DNA of 64,000 bases, taken from the NCBI RefSeq assembly GCF_006345805.1, contig NC_043020.1, forward strand, positions 10,788,001-10,852,000. The letters are read 5' to 3'. The position numbers and the translations under genes were made by a program. The notes under the pieces were generated by a model that was not told where the DNA came from, did no database searches, and worked only from the letters and a program-made list of their open reading frames with translations. This DNA is from Octopus sinensis. Lineage: Eukaryota. This document shows positions 1 through 13,066 of this stretch, in pieces (within the stretch, counting starts at the first letter, position 1; every line of letters starts with the position of its first letter).

Positions 1-200
1 CTGCTAGCCAGAAATAGATGTCAATTACCTACCATGCCCACCCATGATGAATCAACAAACTCAGCTCTCTACAGCTTCTAGATCCCAGCTCTGCTGGCCA
101 GAAATAGATGTCAATTACCTACCATGCCCACCCATGATGAATCAACAAACTCAGCTCTCTACAGCTTCTAGATCACAGCGCTGCTAGCCAGAAACAGAAG
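1..200. repeat. 90-bp tandem repeat (2.2 copies visible)
   Basis: CTGCT(A/G)GCCAGAAA at 1, 91 and 181. Confidence 0.9.
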
Positions 201-459
201 TCAATTCCCATACCCTATTGTCTTCAAACAAATGGAAAGGACGCACAAGACATTTTTCCACAGCCATTTTGGTGCTGTTGAATCAATGCTGAATTATTTG
301 CAAGCAGACATTTTAATGTTTCACTGGTTTTTCTCTCTCTTTCTGCTCTCGCCTTATGTGTGTGAACATATTTCTATTTATGTGTCTGAGGAGATGGAAA
401 GTGTGTATGGTGAGCCAGAGGACTGTGTCAAGTTCCACTGCCTGTTTTGGTATAATAAT

Positions 460-850
460 AATGTGTACAGTGCTCAGGTGCACTACAACTCATCTAAAGT
501 GTATATATAATCAGGTGTAGTTTCGGCGGATTTCGGAAAGCATGAGGGCCTTAAAGGATGCAGTTTCATGGCAGTCAACAACTGACGCAGGCAGTTTATT
601 CCATGCTTCAGCAACTCTGAGCGTGAAAAAATGTTTCCGAAAGTCATGGGAGCTGTGTTGTTTTCTGACTTTGTAGGCATGTCCACGTGTGTTAGACACA
701 TGGAGATCAAAAAGGTGTTCAGTGTTGTTGTTGGTGAGGTGGTATGGTTTCTAAAGCTGGATACCCTTCTTAATGACAACAACTGTAAAGAGTGTATTGG
801 GCGTTTTTTACACAGCACCAGCCTTAAGGAAGTTACCTGGCAACTCACAA
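460..850 (-). mobile_element. CR1-group LINE 3' end (family 2)
   Basis: [35 protein letters not shown]. Related copies at about 24050-24480 (-) and 36835-37165 (+). Confidence 0.75.
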
Positions 851-1002
851 GACATGACCTCTCAGCTGAGGTGTGGGAACATTTTGAAGGAGGTCCAACC
901 CATGCCAGCATGGGAGGCGGATGTTAAACAATGATGATGATAATGATGATATGAGTGTAAGTGTGTGAATAATTATGTCTCCTTGGATTGACACTGTGTG
1001 AT

Positions 1003-1080
1003 ACAAGCAGTATTGTTCATTTCTGCCATACAAGCAGTATTGTTCATTTCTGCCATACAAGCAGTATTGTTCATTTCTGA
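1003..1080. repeat. 27-bp minisatellite x3
   Basis: ACAAGCAGTATTGTTCATTTCTGCCAT. Confidence 0.9.
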
Positions 1081-1739
1081 TATTTTGTGAGAACACATCT
1101 GGCCATGGGAAAAGGAATTACAACCGTGTTTCGTGGTCTGCTACCACAACAGCTCCTTTATAGGATCCAGTTAGCTCAAGGCATCATCAGGAGGAACCAC
1201 GTCCGGTTTCGGCCTCTACTCCTGTACCGTTTTGATGTGGTGGGACCCCCCCCTTTCGGAGGTGTCTTCAGCTCTGGTGTTGGATGCATGTCTCCTTTCT
1301 TCTGTTCCCTGGCCTCTTCGATGTATCATCAGCGAGTGTCAGCCGGTGACTGACTGTCTTGTCAAATTTTTCCCTTTAAATACCTGTCACATAGGCTCCA
1401 GCAGGCAGCCCCAGCAAGTTGTTACGTGACACTGTCTCACCTTAACTGACTAGTGAAGGCGCGTAGTTTTAGCCCATGCTTTTTCTAAACGACCGTCACC
1501 TGTCAGGCAACCCCAGCAAGTTGTCACGTGACACTGTCTCACTTTGCTTGGAAACAAGTGCAGGTTGGTGACAGGAAGGGCATCCAGCTATAAAAAAAAA
1601 ATCTGTCAAACCCATGCAAGCATGGAAAAGTAGACATTAAAACAATAAGGATGATGAAAGTGTTTTAAGAGAGTATCTGAAAACCAAGTCAAAATAGAGT
1701 ACAAGACTGAATGAAAAAGAGTACAAAATATCAACATAC

Positions 1740-1900
1740 CACTTTAAGGTAATATCTGATGGCCAGTTTGTAGAAAGACAAATCAACAGAATAATCCGCT
1801 AGCATCTCATATTGTTTCATCAGGCTCTTGATATTCTCGCTATCTGATGATTTTTTCTCTAGTGTTGTCAGTTTGTCCTGGACTATTTCACTCTTCTGAG
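1740..1900 (-). CDS. TONSL: TONSL exon 7 ([11 protein letters not shown]...[26 protein letters not shown])
   Basis: Acceptor TTTTCTTCTCCAACAG|, donor GTG|GTATGT, 161 nt, phase 1-0. Resembles human [25 protein letters not shown]. Confidence 0.88.
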
Positions 1901-2888
1901 CTGTTGGAGAAGAAAAGATTGAATAATTTCATTTTAAAAATGTTAATATTATTATTGAGTGCAAGAACAATGCATACCATCAAAGTGACACCAGGGTATA
2001 AATATACAAAGTTCAATATACCCACCATGGCTACCTGCCTGATAAGAGTACACCAGGCATCACAACTATATGTGCACAACATGGTGATTCTTCTTCTTAG
2101 TTATCATTAAGCTGGTTGTAGGAACATAAATTGTGACGAAAGTTTGGTGGAAGATTTTAAATGAGAACTTTTGTAAACAAGACATTTGTACTTCAGAGCT
2201 GGAGGCAGTTTCAGGCGAGTTGTTATCAAAAAGGTTAACAAACATATTTACTTCCCATAAATATCCCACTGTGTGGCACTTTGGGTAGGTGTCTTCCGCT
2301 ATAGCCCCGAGCTGACCGAAGCTTTGTGATTGAATTCGGCAGGCGGAAGTTACTGCCGTGTGTGTATATGTGCGTGTAGGTGCTTGTGCCTCTCCGAAAG
2401 AGAGAGAGAGAGGGATAACTTGTGGCAAAACCATGCAAAGTTAGTGAGACATGCTTCTCTTTTAGCAACCAGCTCTCCTGTGGTTCATATTTTTAAAAGT
2501 AAGACCAACTAGGTGTTCATTTATTCTACACACTAAGAAAATATGTTTAGTTGTAAAAAAACAATCCACTTCAACTCTGTTTTTATGATGTGAACTTTTT
2601 GTTTTAAGGTTATCGAAATGAAAACCTAATCAACTTTTACTGTTGATTTATGTTCCTAACAACAAATTAATAATGACCAAGTTATTTAAATCCTTTATTG
2701 TTTTAAAAATTAATTGAGAAAAATGCGCAGGAGTGGCTGTGTGGTAAGTAGCTTGTTAACCAACCACATGGTTCCGGGTTCAGTCCCACTGCGTGGTATC
2801 TTGGGCAAGTGTCTTCTGCTATAGCCCCGGGCCGACCAATGCCTTGTGAGTGGATTTGGTAGACGGAAACTGAAAGAAGCCTGTCGTG

Positions 2889-2925
<37 letters not shown>

Positions 2926-5900
2926 TTGTCCCCCTAGCATTGCTTGACAACCGATGCTGGTGTGTTTATGTCCCCGTTACTTAGCGGTTCAGCAAAAGAG
3001 ACCGATAGAATAAGTACTGGCCTTACAAAGAATAAGTCCCGGGGTCGATTTGCTTGACTAAAGTCGGTGCTCCAGCATGGCGACAGTCAAATGACTGAAA
3101 CAAGTAAAAGAGTAAAAGAGTAATGTATTTCTACAGAAATTTGATGACAAATGTGTTAATTTCTGAAGTTAATATATCTTTTTTTATTTCAAAGATTTTA
3201 CCACCATTACTCATACTTCCAGGAATGTCTTAATTTGCAGTTAAGCAATTATTTATATACATACTTGATGACTTCTTTTGATAATACTTATGTATTATAC
3301 GTCGTTATCATCACCATTCTCATTGTTGCTGATTTAACTTTTGCATGCTTGCATGGGTCAGATAGAATTTGTTAAGTTAGATATTTTACAATGGGATGCT
3401 CTTCCTCTTGCTAACCCTCACTAGTTTCTAAGCCATGTAATATTTCCCCTTGGCCATGTTTTCACAAAAGACCAAAAATATATGACCCCTCTTGTATGAT
3501 GGTGACTCTTACTCTTTTACTTGTTTCAGTCATTTGACTGCGGCCATGCTGGAGCACCGCCTTTAATCGAGCAACTCGACCCCGGGTCTTATTCTTTCGT
3601 AAGCCCAGTACTTATTCTATCGGTCTCTTTTTGCCGAACCGCTAAGTAACGGGGACATAAACACACCAGCATCGGTTGTCAAGCGATGTTGGGAGGGGAC
3701 AAACACAGACACACAAACATATACACACACATATATATATACATATATACGACGGGCTTCTTTCAGTTTCCGTCTACCAAATCCACTCACAAGGCTTTGG
3801 TCGGCCCGAGGCTATAGTAGAAGACACTTGCCCAAGGTGCTACGCAGTGGGACTGAACCCGGAACCATGTGGTTGGTAAACAAGCTACTTACCACACAGC
3901 CACTCCTTATGATGTAGTATTTCTCAGCATTGAATTATGGATTTATATTGAACAGTAGAGATGGATTGAATTATTTTAAACTGCATTATTACATAGATTT
4001 ATATCAGAAAATAACTCACCAATGCTATAAAATTTTTTCAGTTTCCTGTCATCATTGAAGCCAATGTTAACCAGCTTTTTCAAAGAATGGCGTGCTACTC
4101 CGTATTGTCCAGCTTCAAAGCATATCTGGAAAGGCAATGTGAGAGAAACCAAAAATAGGGCTTAGAAGAGCAAAATATAAGCATGGACATAGAAGGCAGT
4201 GTGTGGTGGTTTAAATAAACATAGTCGTCAGTAAGTATTGTCTTGAGGCCTAGGACTCATAGGACTGGTTGCCTAGATTCCATGGCATATAAGTAACCAA
4301 GATCACGGATCTTTTCGGTTTGAACGGTAGTTTTTAAAAATAATTTCTAGGTGACTAAAAAAATGTTAAACTTCGTATACTGGTAGAATGTGTTTATAAA
4401 ACATCTTTTTCTCTTGGTTTTATTGAGAAAATTCTACGGTTTGTAAGATATTTGTTGTTTTTTTTCCTTCAATTTCTTCAATTTCAACCAATCAATGACG
4501 TCTATTGAGGTAAAAAAAAACATTCTGTGCCGTATGAATATGTCCCTCGTTTAAGAAACAGATTGGGATCTTTTTGGTTTGAACGGAAGTTTTTAACATA
4601 ATTTCTAGGTAACTAAACACTTTTAAACTTCGTATACTGGTAGAATGTGTTTATAAAACATCTTTTTCTCTTGGCTTTATTGAGAAAATTCTACAGTTTG
4701 CAAGATATTTGTTGGTTTTTTTTTCCTTCAATTTCTGCAATTTCAACCAATCAATGACGTCCACTGAGGTAAAAAAAACATTCTGTGCTGTATGAATATG
4801 TCCCTCGTTTAAGAAACAGATTGGGTTTATTTACATTTGTGAAGAAAAAAAGATACCCTTCCCCCCACCCCTAACCCTTAACCCTAAAACAGATTGAAAT
4901 GCAATAGATCGATACTAGGGTCATAATTATGGGTGACAATTTCATATGACACCGCTAGAAAAAACTGCCGTTCAAACCGAAAAGATCCCAGATCACAATG
5001 GTCCCCCTGAACAGGACACCGATCCTTTGCAGAGTTACCCATTTATAACTGAGTGAATTGGAGCAGTGGGAAATGAAGGGTTTTGTTCAAGAACACAATG
5101 CACCGCCCAGTCTAGGAACTGAAACCGCGATCTTGCAATCATGAGTGCAACACTTTAGCTACTAGGCCGCATGACTTCTCTGTTATAAGAAGGAAAGGAA
5201 AAGAAAGAAAAATATTCAATATTCATGGCTTCATTTCGCCTACAACACATGGAACCTCTCTTCCCTTTCAGATCGAGGGGGGGGACCCCTTTCGGTCACG
5301 ACACTGACCATGGGATTGCACCTAGAAAGTTACCCTCCTAGTTACAAGTCTGGGCAAGATGGTTTATGGAAGACCAGCAGTCGCCCATGCATACCGGCCT
5401 CCCCTCTCCACGCCACCAGTGTTATCCAAGGGAAAGGCAAAGGGGCCGACACAGCTTGGCACCAGTGACGTCACAACTCATTTCTACAGCTGAGTGAACT
5501 GGAGCAACATGAAATAAAGTGTCTTGCTCAAGAACACAACACGCAGCCCGGTCCGGGATTCGAGCTCACAACCTCATGATCGTAAGCTCGACGCTCTAAC
5601 CACTGAGCCTATGCCTTCTCTCCTTTCAGATACATTTCAGTTTTAACTACAAGACATGGAATTCTCGCTTCCCTTTCAACTACAGTATTTGATGGCATAA
5701 AACACTCATGAACATATTAGATGCACCCCAATTTCAGCATGTAACATTGGCAAAACTACACATATAGGACTTAGGGTAATTTTTTGAGATATTTTTTAAG
5801 GAAAATATGGACTTGTACTTGTGGCGACAATCACCCTGGGCGGGTTGAGTCGGCTTCTACTAACACCCTCGAGGCATCTCGAACCAAAGTCCATCCCCTC

Positions 5901-8188
5901 CTCATTTTGTGAGTAAAATTGAGAAACAGAAACTACAGAAGTTTACATACATACATCCACCCATCCATACATAATATATAAATTTACACATACATCCGTG
6001 TGTGCCAGCCTCGCCTGGCCTCCGTGCCAGTGACACATAAAAAACACCATCCGAGCGTGGCCGCTCACCAGCCTCGTCTGGCACCTGTGTCGGTGGCACA
6101 TAAAAAACACCATCCGAGCGTGGCCGTTCGCCAGACTCGTCTGGCACCTGTGTCGGTGGCACATAAAAAGCACCCACTACACTCACGGAGTGGTTGGCAT
6201 TAGGAAGGGCATCCAGCTGTAGAAACACTGCCAGATCTGACTGGCCTGGTGCAGCCTTCGGGCTTCCCTGACCCCAGTTGAACCGTCCAACCCATGCTAG
6301 CATGGAAAGCGGATGTTAAACGATGATGATGATGATGATAATGATGATGAAGATGAATCGTCCATCCAGAGAATGACAACAACCCCACCACTTGAGAGCC
6401 TCATTTCTCAGATGGGCTGCCAAGCACTTATATTAACCAAATAGACTGCTTTGTGGATTCATTCTAGCTGATCTTACTAATCGGTTTCACACTGGATATT
6501 ACTTAACGGTACTGTTATATAACATCCAGTTATTTTATATCTAATGTGAAACTGATTGGTAAGACCAGCTGAAATGGATCTATAATACAGCATCTCGAAA
6601 GAGTCCAGAAGCTGGCTACCCACATGGTTCTTGGTCTCAAGCATTTGTCTTATGAAGAAAGGCTGAAGACGCTCGACCTTTATTCTCTCGAAAAATGCCA
6701 CCGCCGTGGTGATCTCATTCTCGCTCACAACATCATAAGCGGAGAGTGTAACCTCTCGAAAGAGCTGTTCTTCACTCCTGCTCCAGAGTGTGGGCTGCGG
6801 GGTCACTCCGAAAAGCTCTATCTACAATGATTTCATCTCAATCGAAGGAGAGGAGCTTTCTCCGTCCGGGTTGCGGATCCGTGGAATAAGCTACCGGATA
6901 AGATAGTGAAGATGCCGACAACCGCTCGGTTCAAAGTCTCTCTTGACCAGAAATGGCCTGAACTCTTTGTATGACCACCCTCCCTGTACATAACTCCCTG
7001 TCCCCCTACATGGCCTTGCTTTTGCCTTTTGAGCCAATAAAAACTGAATTGAATTATAATACTGTATACTTTGATTAATAATGTGTATGTGTACGTTACT
7101 GTCTCTTTTCCCCGACATCACATGGTGGTTGTAAGGTGGTCATACAAGCAGTGTCCTTCATTTCCAATCTTTTATATGTACGGTCATGGGAAATATTACC
7201 TTACTGGAAACAAATGAGGATCGGAAACAGAAAGGGTAAGCAACTGTGGAAAGATTTATCTCAACAAATTCCACCCGATCCATGCAAGCATGAAAAGTGG
7301 ACAATAAACCATAATGATGTAATATTTTTTTTATTAGGGGAATATTAGAAGATAAAATATAAATGATTATTTTGCACATGATTTATCACTAAATTTTTCT
7401 CTATTTCTCCTACATAATTAATCAATTTGTTCTAACATATTTCTTAATGCTTATTAGTTTGTTCTAATTAAGTTATAATTTACATTCCATTCAAGATAGA
7501 AAAAACATATAGATGGTGGGAAGAGTAATATCATCTGACTGTTGCCGAATTCCACAATAATGAGCTTAACCCTATCATATGACAGGAAATAAAATTTTGT
7601 TCCTCTATACTATTCCATTCAATCTTTATATATAAAAGAGAGGTTGTGTGTCTGTCTCCTACGATTTAGATTCCTAACTACTCCCACATTTTGCGGTGCA
7701 GTTTAACCCAAACTGGGTATCTTATAGTCGTGATTCATATCGAGCCCTTCTGGGTATTAGCGCGCGTCTACGATGAGTCTACGATTTTAAAAATAATTTA
7801 CCATCATTTTTTCCATTTTAATGCATTTTTTTCGCTATTATATAACTCTCTAAAAATGTCTACGATGAGTCAACGATTTAAAAAAAAAATTACCATCATT
7901 TTTTTCCCATTTTTAATGCATTTTTTGCTATTTTTTGGCTATAACTCTCTAAAAATGCTTATATAGTTATTTCCCTTACAAACCCGAGCAACGCCGGGCA
8001 ATACTGCTAGTACCTTATAAAGGAAATTACCAATGTAATTTAATTGTATTATTTGCATGTAATTGTATGGAGGAAAGTGCAGGTGTAGCTGTGTGGTTCC
8101 AGGTTCAATCCCATAGCATGGTACCTTGGGCTATTGTCTTTTGCTTTAGCTTCAGATCAGATGGAAAAAGAAACTTGTCAGATGTGTG

Positions 8189-8232
<44 letters not shown>

Positions 8233-8431
8233 AGTAGTTGAATGAATTATCTTATTATGGATAATTCGGTTAACCGATACCTGGGTAGCAAATTCACGTC
8301 AGAAAAACACGGTTGAGGCTACATGCCAAGGGCAGAGATCACGTGCTTTCGTGTGGAAATTTGTGTCTTTTTTTATTTTCATTTATTTGTGTACATATAT
8401 GTTTGTATGTATGCATATATTTTATTTATTA

Positions 8432-8467
<36 letters not shown>

Positions 8468-8599
8468 AATTATAACAATGAGGGTCTTTGCAACAAGTTG
8501 CTAGACCACATACCGAAAGTATTAGAAATAGCAGCCAGAGGACTGTTATTTCTTTTACTACAAAAAATATGTCACCATCGACAACAGTATTTGTAACTC

Positions 8600-8662
<63 letters not shown>

Positions 8663-8794
8663 AATTATAACAATGAGGGTCTTTGCAACAAGTTGCTAGA
8701 CCACATACCGAAAGTATTAGAAATAGCAGCCAGAGGACTGTTATTTCTTTTACTACAAAAAATATGTCACCATCGACAACAGTATTTGTAACTC

Positions 8795-8846
<52 letters not shown>

Positions 8847-9192
8847 TTACTTGGAAGAAGACGAGTGGCGTTCAATCATATAATAACAATTTAATAAATA
8901 AAACATATGCATACATACATACCTACATCTATATGTATATATACATGCATAAATGGTGCCTTCAAAACACGGAGTAGACAAAGCAGGGGCAGCTGAAGAA
9001 GGGGAATGTTCCTTGTGTTGTATGTCTTGTTCTCTGTTTATTCGTTGTTAAAAAAAAGTCCATTTCCTTGTTTGTGTTTATGTTTTTGTTTCTCATCGTG
9101 TTCTACATTTATTTGTGGTGTCCTGTACCCATATATGCATGTATATATACATATAGATCTAGGTATGTACATATATGTATGTATGTATGCAT

Positions 9193-9269
<77 letters not shown>

Positions 9270-10191
9270 TAAATATTAGGGAATAAATCCAAATTTACAG
9301 GGAAAAAAATCAGATTTAGGATTAAATCCAATTTTATAGTAAAATATTATAAAATATTATTAGAGACAAAACCACTATTTTGCAAAACAAACAAGGAAAG
9401 ACTTAATCAATACATAAAATTTTAATAAATAGTCAAAAAAACCGCCACTACAATCGTTTCTTGTCTTGATCGACAATCTTCAGGTGGACTTCCAATAATT
9501 CAGTGTCTTCCTTGTTTGTTTTGCAAAATAGTGGTTTTGTCTCTAATAATATTTTATATATATATATATATATATAACGGGAAGGTTTACGAAAATAAAC
9601 AAAAGACGAAGGCAGGTGGAGTACAAACAAACAAATGTATTAGTATGGCGCTCAGGAATAGAAATAGAACAAGTCTTTTACGTTTTGAGCCTATGCTCTT
9701 CGACAGAAAGATACACAGAAAAAATCAAGAAGAGAAACAAGGAGAGAAAAGATCAAGGTTAAAAGTGTAGACGTCGTGGTGTATTTCAAGGATTTCACAT
9801 CAATAACAAAGTCACTTTGATCCGTGTAGGAGAGGTGCAGCCAGAGGGTAGGTGTCCTTAGAGGTAAAAAAATCCAATGGAGAGGTTAATGTCCATCGAG
9901 GAAATGTAAGAGTTGGTAGTGGTAGTGGTAGAATATAGGATAAAAGTGAGACGACGTGAGCGCGTGATATATAACAGGAAGGTTTACGAAAATAAACAAA
10001 AGACGAAGGCAGGTGGAGTACAAACAAACAAATGTATTAGTATGGCGCTCAGGAATAGAAATAGAACAAGTCTTTTACGTTTCGAGCCTACGCTCTTCGA
10101 CAGAAAGATACACAGAAGAAAAAAAACAAGGAGAGAAACAAGGAGAGAAAAAAATGCGTGTAGGAGCTAATGATCTATCATGGCGTTCTGA

Positions 10192-10228
<37 letters not shown>

Positions 10229-12015
10229 AAGACCTTTGGAGATATACTGTGATTGAGAAGACCCGACAATTAACATGAGATTGCAGCTATGGCCAATGCC
10301 AGTGTTGCATGCCCAGTTCATCTAAGAGTACCCTTGATGCGTTGGGCGATATGATACGATATGCTTGAGAAGACCTGTTGAATGAAGTAAAACCAAAATC
10401 ATAGCTGTCATCAGTATTTAAAATAATGATCTTATCCTTATTTATATAAATTTATAGATTTACTTCATCATTATATTCACTATGGTGGTATTTTGACCAT
10501 ATAGCACGTGGAGTTTAGCTGGCAGAAACGTTAGCAAGCCGGGCTAAATGCTTTGTGTTATTTCGTCCGCTGCTGCGTTCTGAGTTCAAATTCTGCCAAG
10601 GTCGACTATGCCTTTCATCCTTTCGGGGTCGATAAATTAAGTACCAGTTAGACACTGGGGTCGATGTAATCAACTTAATCCGTTTGTCTGTTCTTGTTTG
10701 TCCCCTCTATGTTCAGCCCCTTGTGGGCAATAAAAAAAATTTTTTTAAATTTAAACTGATCGGGTGCATACATGCATATATGTGTGTATACATGCGTGTA
10801 TGTAAGTATTCGTATGTTGTATATATATGTCGCCTTACTGGCACCTGTGCTGGTGGCATTTGTAAAAAGATTCGAGCGAGGTCGTTGCCAGTACCGCCTG
10901 ACTGGCCCCCCGTGCCGGTGGCACGTAAAAAGCACCCACTACACTATCGGAGTGGTTGGCATTAGGAAGGGCATCCAGCTGTAGAAACTCTGCCAAATCA
11001 AGATTGGAGCCTGGTGCAGCCATCTGGTTCGCCAGCCCTCATTCAAAACCGTCCAGCCCATGCTAGCATGGACAGCGGACGTTAAACGATGATGATGATA
11101 TACATATAATATATATATTTGTATTTATGTACTACCTTGTGTATATTCCACTGATGAAGCAAAGCATTTCTTATGCAAAGCTAGAAATCTAGATCTGGAA
11201 TTATCCAATAATTTTTTGCTAGTTTATTTTGTCACTTTTTCTTCTCTCCTGGTGCTATATGAATATCTGATGTGATTTTAGAGTTAAGATTTGACTGCTA
11301 TCTCTAGCATGATGGTACCCTTAATTATAAAATTGGTCAACAAAAAAATTTTTGAAATGGTGTTGAGACACCAAACATCTTTTTTAGCTAATTTGAGGGC
11401 GCTGAATCTGAAAATGACCTTACTTTTTCTTGGTTAGGTACTGTTTTTGCTGTACAAAAATGCCTCATTTTTGGAAAAAACAGCATTTTTTTCATTAGTT
11501 TTCTGTATATTTGACATTGATTGATGGCAATATTTCTCAAAGTAAAATCATAGAAACCTCTCAATTTGTATTTAAACCAACAAATATTGGTCTGCTTATT
11601 GAGAAATATTATTTTTGCAATAACATATCAAACCCTTTAACACAATTGAATATACCAAGACCAACAAGTATTTTCATCAAATCATTAAATAAACTAACAG
11701 CAGAAATAAAACCTTCATGAACATAAGAACTATGGTAAAAATTTTCTCTTTCTTGATTGTCTGTCATGTTCAATGTTGTTTAAGTCTTTTTTGATACTCC
11801 AGCAGTAGCCAGCCATCATTCGTTTGTCCCACCATCCCTGGTAGCACTCTTCCATTGTTTTGATATCCTAACTACACTCGCGGAGTGGTTGGCGTTAGGA
11901 AGGGCATCCAGCCGTAGAAACACTGCCAGATCAGACTGGGCCTGATGCAGCCTTCTGGCTTCACAGACCCCAGTTGAACCGTCCAACCCATGCTAGCATG
12001 GAAAACGGACGCTAA

Positions 12016-12050
<35 letters not shown>

Positions 12051-12983
12051 ATCATTCTCCTTGCTTATCGCCACAATTATCCAGAAATTTATCTAGATGG
12101 CTATGTAAAAAATGAACCTTAATACTCATATTAGGGCCTATGTCCTGTAGACTTTTCAACAGATTTTCCACAAACTCCTTGTAGTTTTCAGCCCAGCGAT
12201 TGCCTAAGAAGTTCTTCACCACGTCAACAAATGATGTCCAAGCACATAATTCCAAATCCATTCATAAAACTTTGGCTGGCCCAGGTGGTATAGTGGAAGA
12301 CACTTGCCCAACATAGCATGCAGTGAGACTGAACGCACAGCCAGGTGATTGGAAAGCAAGCCATACAGCTACACCTGTACATGTATATACGTGTGTGTGT
12401 GTGTGTGTGTGTGTGTGTCACTGCGTCTCCTTATCTTGACGCTGTTCGTTGTAAAAGGTGACTATCATGTAAGCATGGAAAAGGAGACATTAGAACGATG
12501 ATGATGTATCAATTCCCACTTTAAAAGCTATTCATAGTAAGCTAAATATGCCTTCAATGGCAGGCAATTAAAATAAAAACTGGCGCTAGTCCTCACTCTC
12601 ACTTTGAAGAGCAAACATTATTAACCACACACAAGAACGAAAGCACTTGTTATCTAAAGCCATAGATGAACCTAAGTGAAGAGGGCAAGTCATTGAAGAA
12701 GTAGGAGCGGCGCTGAGAGGACTTTGATAAACATAATTGAGTAGGTTAATCTAATAAGTAATCAAACAATCAATTACTCTTTTACTCCTTCACTTGTTTC
12801 AGTCATTTGACTGCGGCCATGCTGGAGCACCTCCTTTAGTCGAGCAAATTGACCCCGGGACTTATTCTTTGTAAGCCCAGTACTTATTCTATCAGTCTCT
12901 TTTGCCGAACCGCTAAGTGATGGGGACGTAAGCACACCACCATTGGTTGTCAAGCAATGCTAGGGGGACAAACAGACACACAA

Positions 12984-13066
<83 letters not shown>

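Noticed and set aside
232-510. Possible TONSL exon 8 near the left edge
   Set aside because: No phase-0 AG-GT exon with TPR-like sequence was found on the - strand in 1-1739. The + ORF overlaps a CR1 tail.
1087-1400. CUGAUGA and GAAA motifs on the - strand suggesting a type II hammerhead
   Set aside because: Only 4 nt lie between the UH site and C3, so stem I cannot form. Left as an unclassified GC-richer repeat.
4858-4890. CCCTAACCCTAACCCTAA telomere-like motif (also at about 17270, 40925, 51235)
   Set aside because: Only 2-3 units and an internal part of the GG-ended MITE, so not an interstitial telomere.
8476-8525. CAAUGA-GGGUCU..AGACC..CCGAAA hammerhead-like motif in the 195-bp duplication
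   Set aside because: The core lacks CUGA and there is no stem I or stem III pairing.
8990-9030. CUGAAGA followed by an AAGG/CCUU hairpin
   Set aside because: No GAAA box follows.
9006-9331. Many ORFs with YIYIYI/THTHTH/CVCV runs (e.g. 9006, 12947, 35454, 53355)
   Set aside because: Translations of (TA)n/(CA)n microsatellites and SINE bodies, with no splice or homology support.
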